Shown here one piece after another: positions 1-9,653 of a DNA stretch of 64,000 nucleotides (positions are counted from its first letter, which is position 1; every line of letters begins with the position of its first letter). The notes under the pieces were generated by a model. It saw only the letters and a program-made list of their open reading frames with translations, searched no databases and was not told the origin of the DNA. The DNA comes from an uncultured Acidobacteriota bacterium (lineage in GTDB: Bacteria > Acidobacteriota > Blastocatellia > RBC074), in NCBI GenBank assembly GCA_963796275.1, contig CAWCKY010000004.1, positions 608,001 through 672,000 of the forward strand. The letters are read 5' to 3'. Position numbers and translations under genes: made by a program.

Positions 1-2024
1 TCAGGGTCCAGGGCGACGTTCGATGCGATGTCGTCGCTCGCCATCCGATATGCGCGCGATGTCATCATCAGGTAGTGCATCTGCTTCATGCTCCACCCGC
101 GCGCGACGAACTCTAGGGCCAGCCAATCGAGCAGTTCGGGATGCGACGGCGGTTCGCCCATCTTGCCGAAGTTGCCTGGCGTTCGAACGATCCCCTCACC
201 GAAATGGTGCTGCCAGATGCGATTGACCATGACTCGCGCGGTGAGCGGATTCTGCGGCGACACCATCCACTCGGCCAACCCTCGCCGGCGCCAGCTCGAT
301 TTCGCGTTCGCCGGCGGCGACGGAAATTCATAATCGGTTTCGCCGATCACCGAGAGGACTCCCGGCGTCATGAGCGGCCCTTTCACATCGATGCTGCCGC
401 GATGCAGAAAGTAGGAGGGGCGCGCCTTGGGGCCATCCTCTCCGATGGCCCTCGCCGTCGGATAAGGCTTCGGCTTTTGTTTATCCAACTCCCTGATACG
501 TGCTTTTAGCTTATCGTGCTCGCGCCTGTCAGCTTCAGACATCCGCGCCACGATGTCCTCCTCGGTGATGCGCGCGGATAGTCGATCATTCTCAAGCGTC
601 TTGCGAATCTGGCTGACGTTGAGCCGCTGTCCCGGCGTGCGTTGAGATTCCGGCGTGCGCCAGGCGATCTGCATATACTCGGGCAACCGGCTGACGGCCT
701 CATCGACGAGGATTTTCAGGTATGGAGCTTCGAGATCGGATTGGGACTTCTTCAGTGGCTGCTGGATCGAATCTATTCGCCCCGTCTCAGTCTTGTGGGC
801 TGCGACAACATCAGGTCCGACGAGCGGATAGTTCACCGGTTTTGTAGAAAAGAACAAAGACTGGATGCGATAGTAATCTTTCTGCGTAATGGGATCGAAT
901 TTGTGATCGTGGCAACGGGCGCATCCGACCGTCAATCCCATAAATGTGAGCGATGTGGTCGTAATCAGATCATCGAGCGACTCCTGACGCCCGCGTTCGC
1001 CGCCGCCGCCGCCTTCAGGCCCGAGCCGCAGGAAGCCCGTAGCTATCATCGCCTCATCTGAATTTAAATCGGAGGCAGATGCGTACTCATCTCCGGCGAG
1101 CTGTTCGCGGACGAACCTGTCATAAGGTTTGTCAGTATTGAACGAGTTGACGACATAGTCGCGATAACGCCACGCATTGGGACGATCGACGTCGAACTCG
1201 AAGCCTCCGGAATCGGCGTAACGGACCAGGTCGAGCCAGTGTCTCGCCCATCGCTCGCCATAATGCGGAGAGGCCAGTAACCGGTCGACCAATCGTTCCC
1301 ATGCGTCGGGAGCGGAGTCTTTGACGAAGCTCTCGATCTCTTCCGGGCTGGGCGGCAGCCCCGTCAGGTCTAAATACGCGCGCCGGATCAGAGTCCGGCG
1401 GTCCGCCTGCGGCGATGGGCTTAAACCCTTTGCATCCATCGCGACTAACAAGAAAGCATCTATCGGATTTAAATTTTTAGTTGCGGGTATACGAGGCGGG
1501 TTTGTTCGTTGTGGCTGTCGAAATGCCCAGTAGCGGCGCTCCTCGGGAGAAATCGGTCGCTCTTCGATTCCTGCTACGACCACGGATGGTTCGGTCTTCC
1601 TCTTTTCAACGGAGTCGCCGGCGGCCGCATTTTCAAACCCGCCCAGCGAGGCGCCTGTTTCAATCCAGCGACGCAGTATCTCGATTTCGGCGTCCGACAG
1701 TTTTTTTCCCGGCGGCATCGCTGGTTTTTCTGTGTGATTGACGAAGAGATAGAGCCGGCTCTTGTCCGCCTCAAAGGGCACGATGACCGGCCCTCCTTCG
1801 CCCCCGGCGCGTATCGACTCGCCCGTTCGCAGATCGAGTCCGGAAGTCCTGATTGCGCCGTGACAGGCAATACAGTTCCTCTTCAAGATGGCATATGCCT
1901 GACTAGAAATATCCTGGGCGGCGTTCTGCGGAAGCTCGGCGCTCGCGCCCCACATAAAAGCAAGCGGCGCGAGCAGATAGATGCAAGCCGCCAAAAACAC
2001 GAGATTCCTATATTTTTTTATCAT
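1..2024 (-). CDS. Planctomycete-type cytochrome c / DUF1549 (PSD2) / DUF1553 (PSD1) domain protein, 3' end outside window
   Basis: Read manually on the minus strand (absent from the ORF track because it has no stop in the window): ATG at 2024, MIKKYRNLVFLAACIYLLAPLAF signal peptide, CIACH haem motif, and in-frame PSHPELLDWLALEFVARGWSMKQMH typical of DUF1553. Confidence 0.85.
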   Translation of the reverse strand, partial: MIKKYRNLVFLAACIYLLAPLAFMWGASAELPQNAAQDISSQAYAILKRNCIACHGAIRTSGLDLRTGESIRAGGEGGPVIVPFEADKSRLYLFVNHTEKPAMPPGKKLSDAEIEILRRWIETGASLGGFENAAAGDSVEKRKTEPSVVVAGIEERPISPEERRYWAFRQPQRTNPPRIPATKNLNPIDAFLLVAMDAKGLSPSPQADRRTLIRRAYLDLTGLPPSPEEIESFVKDSAPDAWERLVDRLLASPHYGERWARHWLDLVRYADSGGFEFDVDRPNAWRYRDYVVNSFNTDKPYDRFVREQLAGDEYASASDLNSDEAMIATGFLRLGPEGGGGGERGRQESLDDLITTTSLTFMGLTVGCARCHDHKFDPITQKDYYRIQSLFFSTKPVNYPLVGPDVVAAHKTETGRIDSIQQPLKKSQSDLEAPYLKILVDEAVSRLPEYMQIAWRTPESQRTPGQRLNVSQIRKTLENDRLSARITEEDIVARMSEADRREHDKLKARIRELDKQKPKPYPTARAIGEDGPKARPSYFLHRGSIDVKGPLMTPGVLSVIGETDYEFPSPPANAKSSWRRRGLAEWMVSPQNPLTARVMVNRIWQHHFGEGIVRTPGNFGKMGEPPSHPELLDWLALEFVARGWSMKQMHYLMMTSRAYRMASDDIASNVALDP

Positions 2025-2111
2025 CCCAGCAAAGCTCCCAGGATAATAGAAATCAATCGGAGCGTAATGTCTTGTCTCAGATTAGGCCGGCTTGTATAAG
2101 ATTATTGAGTA

Positions 2112-2738
2112 TTATAAGTGGACGATGCCTCGTTGGAGTGCGGCGATTGCAGCCTGAGTACGGTCGCTCACACCCATACGGCTGAGGATAACATTTACGT
2201 GGCACTTCACCGTACCCTCGGTGATCCCCAGTTCCGCAGCAATTTCCTTATTGCTTCTCCCTTTTACGATCAAACCAAGGACATCACGTTCGCGATCAGT
2301 GAGGGCGGAATTGGGCGTGCGGGCAGCCAGGCTCTTCGCGACCGCCGCGGGTATCACCCGCAGCCCGGAATTTACTTTCAATATGGCATCGACAAGCGTC
2401 TCACCGGGCATGCACTTGATGAGATAAGCCTGGGCGCCGGCCTCGAGCGCCTGGTAGATGTCTTCATCACCCTCGTAAGTTGTCATGACCACGAAACGGC
2501 TCTGCCGGTATTCGCTTCGGATCAGTCTAATGGCATCGACGCCGCTGATGCCTGGCAACCGCAGGTCCATGAGCACAACATCCGGCTGGTGTTTCCGAAA
2601 CAACGCGACGGCTTCCTCGCCTGTGGCCGCCTCGCCGATCACGCTCATGCTGCGCTGAGCGTTGATGAATGCGGCCAGACCAAAACGCACCATCGGATGG
2701 TCGTCAACGATAAGAATACGAATCTGGTTCAGGTTCAT
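2112..2738 (-). CDS. NarL/LuxR-family DNA-binding response regulator
   Basis: Receiver IVDDHPMVR...DVVLMDLRLPG plus LuxR HTH LTDRERDVL...GRSNKEIAAELGITEGTVKCHV. Confidence 0.95.
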   Translation of the reverse strand: MNLNQIRILIVDDHPMVRFGLAAFINAQRSMSVIGEAATGEEAVALFRKHQPDVVLMDLRLPGISGVDAIRLIRSEYRQSRFVVMTTYEGDEDIYQALEAGAQAYLIKCMPGETLVDAILKVNSGLRVIPAAVAKSLAARTPNSALTDRERDVLGLIVKGRSNKEIAAELGITEGTVKCHVNVILSRMGVSDRTQAAIAALQRGIVHL

Positions 2739-2777
2739 ACAAGTACCTAACTATCATCTCTTCACCTATCCATCGCT

Positions 2778-2920
2778 TCGCATTGAGGCTAATGCTGGCC
2801 TCGCATTGATGCTCAGCTGGGCTCGCATTGATGCACGAACCGATTCGCATTGAGGCTAATGCAGGCCTCGCATTGATGCTCATTTGGGCTCGCATTGACG
2901 TTTAGCGTTCGCATCAATGA
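2778..2920. repeat. Short tandem repeat, TCGCATTGA core every 22-23 bp (6-7 copies)
   Basis: Cores at about 2778, 2801, 2823, 2845, 2868, 2890 and a degenerate one at 2909; 67-bp higher-order duplication. Confidence 0.85.
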
Positions 2921-2950
2921 TCACCTTGCGGCGCACCTATGCACACTTTT

Positions 2951-3580
2951 TTCGCCGAGTTAGCGGCGGTTGATTGTAGCCGCGGGTTTCAACGTTTCAA
3001 CCCACGGCGGTCGCTCGCATTGATGCTCTCATGGGCTCGCATTGACGCACGAACCGGATTCTCAGTGACGTTTTAGCGTTCGCATCGATGCTCATTTGCA
3101 ACGCACCGATGACATCAATGCACATCTGTCTTCGCCGCGTTAGCGGCGGTTGATTGTAGCCGTGGGTTTCAACGTTTCAACCCACGGTGGTCGCTCGCAT
3201 TGATGCTCTCATGGTCTCGCATTGACGCACGAACCGGATTCTCAGTGACGTTTTAGCGTTCGCAACGATGCTCATTTGCAACGCACCGATGACATCAATG
3301 CACATCTGTCTTCGCCGCGTTAGCGGCGGTTGATTGTAGCCGTGGGTTTCAACGTTTCAACCCACGGTGGTCGCTCGCATTGATGCTCTCATGGGCTCGC
3401 ATTGACGCACGAACCGGATTCTCAGTGACGTTTTAGCGTTCGCATCGATGCTCATTTGCAACGCACCGATGACATCAATGCACATCTGTCTTCGCCGCGT
3501 TAGCGGCGGTTGATTGTAGCCGTGGGTTTCAACCCACGGTGGTCGCGAGATAAATCCGCGTCGCGTCAGCGACGCTTGAA
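2951..3580. repeat. 180-bp tandem repeat array (3 full copies plus a partial) containing the REP-like palindrome CCGTGGGTTTCAACCCACGG
   Basis: TAGCGGCGGTTGATTGTAGCC recurs at 2961, 3141, 3321, 3501 (exact 180-bp period). Confidence 0.95.
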
Positions 3581-4033
3581 TTATCCCCAAATATAACGCT
3601 CGTCATACACTACCGCATGCTTCTTCAGAAATTCGAGATACTCCTCCTGGAAGGACTGCGTCTGATGGTGCGTACGTTGGTTTTGTATGTAACTTGTGAC
3701 CTTCGGCACATTCGATTTACTGATGGTAAAGGCTGCATATCCATCCTGCCAACCGAAATCCACCAAATCAGAAAATTCTTCGCGGATCCATTTTGACGAA
3801 TCGCCTTTAAGGTACTTGGCAATCTCAAACGGCGCGAGCGTTTGCGGAGCCGCCACCAAGGCATGAAGATGGTCCTCGATGCCACCAATTTGGATTGGGG
3901 TCATCTTATGATGGCGTGCGACGCCGCCTAAATAAGCCCATATGCGCTCTTCAATATTTGATCGGATGAATTCAACTCGATTTTTCGTACTGAAAACAAT
4001 GTGATAATACAAAGCAGTGTATGTGTTTGCCAT
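3581..4033 (-). mobile_element. tnpA: IS200/IS605-family (Y1 HUH) TnpA transposase, REP-associated, no tnpB
   Basis: YHIVFSTKNR, HUH motif DHLH, WQDGY and YIQNQ; flanked by about 90-bp inverted repeats and palindromic arrays. Confidence 0.9.
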
Positions 4034-4054
4034 ACCATAATCCGTTCATCGAAT

Positions 4055-5240
4055 ATTCAGGCGTCGCTGACGCGACGCGGATTTTATCCCCATACCACCG
4101 TGGGTTAAAACCCACGGCTACAATCAACCGCCGCTATCGCGGCGAAGAACATTGTTTACTCCATCGTACCACTGTGACTTGAATCCCACGGCTACAATCA
4201 ACTACCGCTATCGAGGCAAATAACCTTGTTTACTCCATCGCCCACCGTGGGTTAAAACCCACGGCTATAATCACCCCCGCTATCGCGGCGAAGCACATTG
4301 TTTACTCCATCGTACCACTGTGACTTGAATCCCACGGCTATAATCACCCCCGCTATCGCGGCGAAGCACATTGTTTACTCCATCGCCCACCGTGGGTTAA
4401 AACCCACGGCTACAATCACCCCCCCGCTATCGCGGCGAAGAACATTGTTTACTCCATCGTACCACTGTGACTTGAATCCCACGGCTACAATCAACTACCG
4501 CTATCGAGGCAAATAACCTTGTTTACTCCATCGCCCACCGTGGGTTAAAACCCACGGCTACAATCACCCCCCCGCTATCGCGGCGAAGCACATTGTTTAC
4601 TCCATCGTACCACTGTGACTTGAATCCCACGGCTACAATCAACTACCGCTATCGCGGCAAAGAACCTTGCTTACTCCATCGCCCACCGTGGGTTAAAACC
4701 AGGTTAAAACCCACGGCTATAATCACCCCCGCTATCGCGGCGAAGCACATTGTTTACTCCATCGTACCACTGTGACTTGAATCCCACGGCTACAATCAAC
4801 TACCGCTATCGCGGCAAAGAACCTTGCTTACTCCATCGCACCACTGTGGGTTAAAACCCCACGGCTATCGCGGCGAAGAACATTGTTTACTCCACCGTGC
4901 CACTGCAACTTGAATCCCACGGCTACAATCAACTACCGCTATCGCGGCAAATAACATTGTTTACTCCATCGTACCACTGTGACTTGAATCCCACGACTAC
5001 AATCAACTACCGCTATCGAGGCAAATAACATTGCTCACTCCATCGTACCACCGTAGCTTGAAACCACGACTACATCAACCACCGCTATCGCGGCGAAGCG
5101 CTTTGCCTACTCCATCGTTGCTTATCCCATCCTAAAACCCCTGCGTTACACCCACAGCTATAATCAGCGCCCCACTATTACGGCAAAGAATTCTGGTTAT
5201 CTCATCCCACTACCACTTTACGTTACCCCCTCAGCTAACA
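4055..5240. repeat. Tandem array of about 14 REP-like 73-bp units, degenerating distally
   Basis: Unit CCACCGTGGGTTAAAACCCACGGCTACAATCA..CCGCTATCGCGGCGAAG..CATTGTTTACTCCATCG alternates with a CTGTGACTTGAATCCCACGG variant; inverted relative to the left array. Confidence 0.95.
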
Positions 5241-5399
5241 CTAATCGCCGCAATCTCAGCGCAGAACCGTCCTATCACATCCTACTAATCCTACTACCAT
5301 TCTCTCATCCCTCGGTTAAATCCAACCCTATGTTCTCCGGCTGGAAGAAACCAGGTTATCCCATCCTACTATCCTACTATCCTGCCCCCGCCCGATAAC

Positions 5400-8358
5400 T
5401 CAGCGGCTCCAACTGCGGCGAAGAATTGGTACAATAACACTGATCTCAGTTCCCTTCCCGGGCGCGCTGTTCAACGAGAAGATGCCGCCCATGTGCTTCG
5501 CCCGTTCGCTCATTCCCTCCAATCCATAATGATCGCCCGCTTTGGCAATCGCCGACGCCGGTTCGAATCCGCATCCGTCATCGGTCACCTTGACCTGCAG
5601 CCGATTGGATTCGAAGGTCCATGAGAGATGCACGTTCTGCGGACGGCCATGATGCACCGCATTCAACATAGCTTCCTTGGCGATCATCACCAGATCATGC
5701 TCTACCTGCGCATCGAGCGGAACCGGCGTGCCATCGGCTTTGCAGGAGATGATCACTCCGGAGGTAAACGCTAACTGCTGCGCCAACCGCTCGAGCGATG
5801 AGACGAGGCCATCGCCATTCGGCGACTCGTGGCGCAGGTTCCAGACGGCGCGCCGCGCATCGTCTACGCTCTCCCGCACCTGTATGCGCGCCCGCTCCAG
5901 CAGCTCGCTCGTCATCTCGGGGGACGATTGCCTCAGACTCACTGCCGCATCTAGCAGCGCGGAAACTCCCACGCAGCCTTGTATCAGCGTGTCGTGCATC
6001 TCTCGGGCCAGACGATTCCTCTCCGCAAGCACCGCGGCGAAACGAACCCGAATCTGCCGCACGCGCATCCGGTACCCCGCCAGTCCCGCGGCAGCCAGTG
6101 CGGCCGCACATAAGGCGAGAAACCATAACGTCTCATAAAAATGCGGCCCCAATTCGATTTCAATCGCCGCCTCAGATGTCGAGCGCGGGTTGTCCACCTC
6201 ATATGCCGCGACACGGAAACGATATGGTCCGGGCGGCAGGTTGGTGTAGTAAGCGACACGGCGTCCGTCAGCCTCGGTCCAATCGCGGTCGAATCCTTCC
6301 AGTACGTAACGGAAACGTATCCGTTCGGAAGATCGCAGCCTGATGGCCGTATAGTGAATCTCCAATCGCCCGTCTCCCGGCCCTACCTGGACTCTCCCGC
6401 CAAGCGGCGCTTCCCTTCCATCCGCCAATATCTTCTCGATCAGAACGGGGCGCACGCTCGTCCGGGTGTTATGATCCGGAGTGATTCGCACCGCCCCTCT
6501 CGTGCTCGGAAACCAGAGATCACCGTCAACGCTGATGGCTCCCGCAGGCTGGACTCCCCCGTTCATCTGGTTGGTCTCCATTCCCTCCGACATTCCATAG
6601 GTAGAGATCGCAGGACGGTGTGACCGATCAACCAGGGTCCGCAACAGGTCTTTACGATTAACGGAAAAGACGCAGGACGGACTGCTCAACCACAAACTGC
6701 CGGTATCGTCCTCGAGTATCTGGTGGATGTTGTTATTCGCGAGACCATGTTTCGTGGTGAAGCTGATAAGCGTCCCCGATTGCATTAAGAAAGAGTCCCG
6801 CGCCGCGCGTCCCAAACCATAGTCCGCCGTCCGGATCTTCGTGAATAGCCCAGACCTTCTCGCCGGCTAGCCCTGCGAAACCTGAATCCCAGATGCCGTC
6901 GTGGAAGCGGCTCACTCCGCCATCGGTCGCAACCCACAGGTCACCGAAACGATCTTCCAGAAGCGCCCGTATGCTGCCGTATGCCAGCCCCTGCGCAGTA
7001 TGGAAGTTCTGGAACGTCCCCTGGCGCCAGCGGCTCAACCCGCTGTCGGTCCCGATCCAGATACTTCCATCCCGGGTCTCGCAAAATGCGCGCACGAAAT
7101 CATTCACCAATCCCTGCTTCATCGTGAACCGCGCCAAGCCCTCTGACGTGATCTTTATCGCGCCCTCGCCATTTGTGCCGACCCAAAGCGCTCCTCCGCT
7201 GTCGCGAAAAATCGTGCGAACGCCCATGTTTTCCGATCCTGCGGGGAGCTGCGCAAGCACAGGTTTCATTTCCTCGACGCGATAAAGTCGCCCGCTCAGC
7301 GTGGTCACCCAGATGCTACGATCTTGATCTTCATAGACGGTTTTGATGCTCTCGGGCGCGCCGTTAAGACCGGCTGCTACGGTGCTTACGATGCTTCGGC
7401 TCAATCGCAGCAGCCCGTTCTGCGTGCCGATCCAGATGTTCCCCTCACTGTCCTCGAGGAGCGCCAGGATATGATTGTCCGGCAGAAGTCCAGGCGCGCG
7501 ATAGACCACCGGGTCGCCTTCCCCGTAACGAAACAGCCCGTGACCGTAGGTGCCCGCCCAGAGACCTCCATCCTTCGTCTGATACAAATATGTTGTGTTG
7601 TGGTGAATGATCGTGCGGGATGAGAAGACATCGGCCGGATTCCCGCCCGGGACGCGATGAAGACCGCTGATAGTCGCCACCCAGATCGTCCCATCGTTCG
7701 ATTCCGCGATCGCGCGAATGCTGTTGTCAGCCAGACTCAGGCTCGAACGATAAACCGCCGGAACGCCATTAGATAAAATGAGCAAACCAGCACCGCCCAC
7801 CCAAAGGCGTTTATCCCTATCCTCACGTATCGCGTGGACGCTCATAGCGGGAATGCCCGGCTGATCATCCATGCGTATCAGCTTGTCGCCTTCAAATCGG
7901 TAGAGCCCGCGATCCGTCCCTACCCAAAGGTTCGCCTTGCTGTCTTCATAGATGGCGCGCACGAATCCGTTGGTCAGGCCATCGTTCGAGCCGAAATGAC
8001 GGAAGCTGCCGGACCGATACCTTACGAGCCCGCCCCCCTCGGTCCCTATCCACAAACCTCCGTCCCGCGCGCAATAAAGCGAATAAACGCTCTCTTCACG
8101 CAAAGCCGGCGTATTTTCGCTATCGAAGATCGTGAATCTCGCCCCGTCGAACCGAGCGAGACCACCGCTGGTCCCTATCCAGAGATAGCCGTCGTTCGTT
8201 TGGACCAATGCGTTGATGGTATCCTGCGGCAGCCCGTCCTGTGTCTGCCAGACGCGACGGCTGTACCTGTCGTCTTTCGTCTGCGAATGACAAACAGAGG
8301 CAAGTAGCACCACTGCCACTATCAGAGCGTAGAACTGGGATAATTTATGGCCACGCAT
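5400..8358 (-). CDS. Sensor histidine kinase with Reg_prop beta-propeller, Y_Y_Y and HisKA_3/HATPase domains (frameshift near 6790)
   Basis: ORF 6733..8358 has repeated LWIGT..GL propeller motifs; ORF 5400..6815 continues with YTNLPPGPYRFRV, a TM helix, ERNRLAREMHDTL and DDGCGF. Confidence 0.9.
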
Positions 8359-8640
8359 GCCGTTCTCTTGATGTATGCGTTATTCTTCCCAGCAAACTTA
8401 TCTAATATTATTTATCTATCCGGAATTTACTGAAAACTAGAGAGTTGTTTTGTCCGTGCGATCCTAGTTCAAGATCGCTAATAACGCAATATTATAATCA
8501 TTTTAGGCGTTTCGATGCTCTCAGTTGACACCCGGGGTAGTTCCGGCGAGAATCATCGAGCCCGTTCATGCTACCGCCCTCAAATCCCCCTCTAATTAAA
8601 CGACAATCATTCGAATAAACCCTTCAGGAGGTACCGAGCG

Positions 8641-9531
8641 ATGACAAAACGAATCAGCACTATAATTTTCTGCGCCATCGCAACCGCGATGATGTTGTCT
8701 ACTTTAGTAAATGCACAGGAGAGGCGGCCACGATATCCGAATCGTGAACCTACGCAGGACGAGGAAGAAGAAGTGAGAAACCGGCGCGCCACGCCGCCTC
8801 CCGTTCAATTGCCCGATGAAAGAAGGAAGGTCGAACTCGATGTCCGGTACTGGTTCACCAGCCCGAGGTTATCCGCGAGGGTGGCCGACACTATTGACGA
8901 CATACCAGTGAATGGCCTTGCCGGGATCGATCTCGATTCCACCAATATGCCGGAGCCGCGTTTCTCGGGATATATCACGCGCAGCAACAAAATCCGAGTC
9001 GACTATCTGAAAATGTCTGCTCAAGGTAACGCGGGAGATATTTCCATTCAGGTTCCCGGCCTCGACGCCATTTTCGGAGATGACCTCGACCTAGATTCGC
9101 TTGCGACGGCCAAGCTCGACATCCAGCAACTCAGGGTTGGCTATGCCTGGCAGGGCATCAATATCAACAACAAGGTAAGGCTGGGTCCGCTGGTCGAAGT
9201 GAGAGGCTACAAACTCAACGGCGTGGTTACAGCGCCGTCGCTGCTCGCAGCCGGGGCTTCTGGTGAATATTATTTGGGGATGGTGACGGCAGGCGCCGAC
9301 CTGAAAATCGCTCCGACAACACGGATGGAGATCGATTCGGTTATTTCAGGAATCCCCATTGGTGGATTGGGCCGGGTGTTCGATGCGGATGTTGCGGCTA
9401 AGTACTTCTTTCACAAAAATGTCGCCGCCCAGGGGGGCTACCGTTTCTTGCGGCTCAGGGTGGATGATGGACCCAATAGGGCTGAGCTCAGAATACGAGG
9501 CCCGTTCATAGGGATGGGATTCAGGTTTTAA
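8641..9531 (+). CDS. Outer-membrane beta-barrel protein
   Basis: Signal peptide, amphipathic strands, C-terminal GPFIGMGFRF; AGGAGG RBS upstream. Confidence 0.75.
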   Translation: MTKRISTIIFCAIATAMMLSTLVNAQERRPRYPNREPTQDEEEEVRNRRATPPPVQLPDERRKVELDVRYWFTSPRLSARVADTIDDIPVNGLAGIDLDSTNMPEPRFSGYITRSNKIRVDYLKMSAQGNAGDISIQVPGLDAIFGDDLDLDSLATAKLDIQQLRVGYAWQGININNKVRLGPLVEVRGYKLNGVVTAPSLLAAGASGEYYLGMVTAGADLKIAPTTRMEIDSVISGIPIGGLGRVFDADVAAKYFFHKNVAAQGGYRFLRLRVDDGPNRAELRIRGPFIGMGFRF

Positions 9532-9543
9532 GGCTGTAAAAAA

Positions 9544-9628
9544 AGGAATTCACCACAAAGAACATAAATTCTGATCGCGAGACGAGGTGGCAGATCTGCC
9601 CCCTCTCTCATAGTTGTGGTGAATTCCT
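9544..9628. terminator. 15-bp inverted repeat between convergent genes (terminator or REP-like hairpin)
   Basis: AGGAATTCACCACAA (9544-9558) / TTGTGGTGAATTCCT (9614-9628). Confidence 0.55.
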
Positions 9629-9653
9629 CTTTCCTCTCTATCCGGCTTCCTCC

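Noticed and set aside
3357-4775. Small ORFs within repeat arrays (3357..3590, 4298..4516, 4593..4775; likewise 58745..59072 and 59892..60200)
   Set aside because: They are translations of the DNA repeats with no evident RBS or protein-like features
4055-5240. Possible CRISPR array
   Set aside because: Units repeat along their whole length with no unique spacers, there are no cas genes, and the palindrome matches the tnpA flanks
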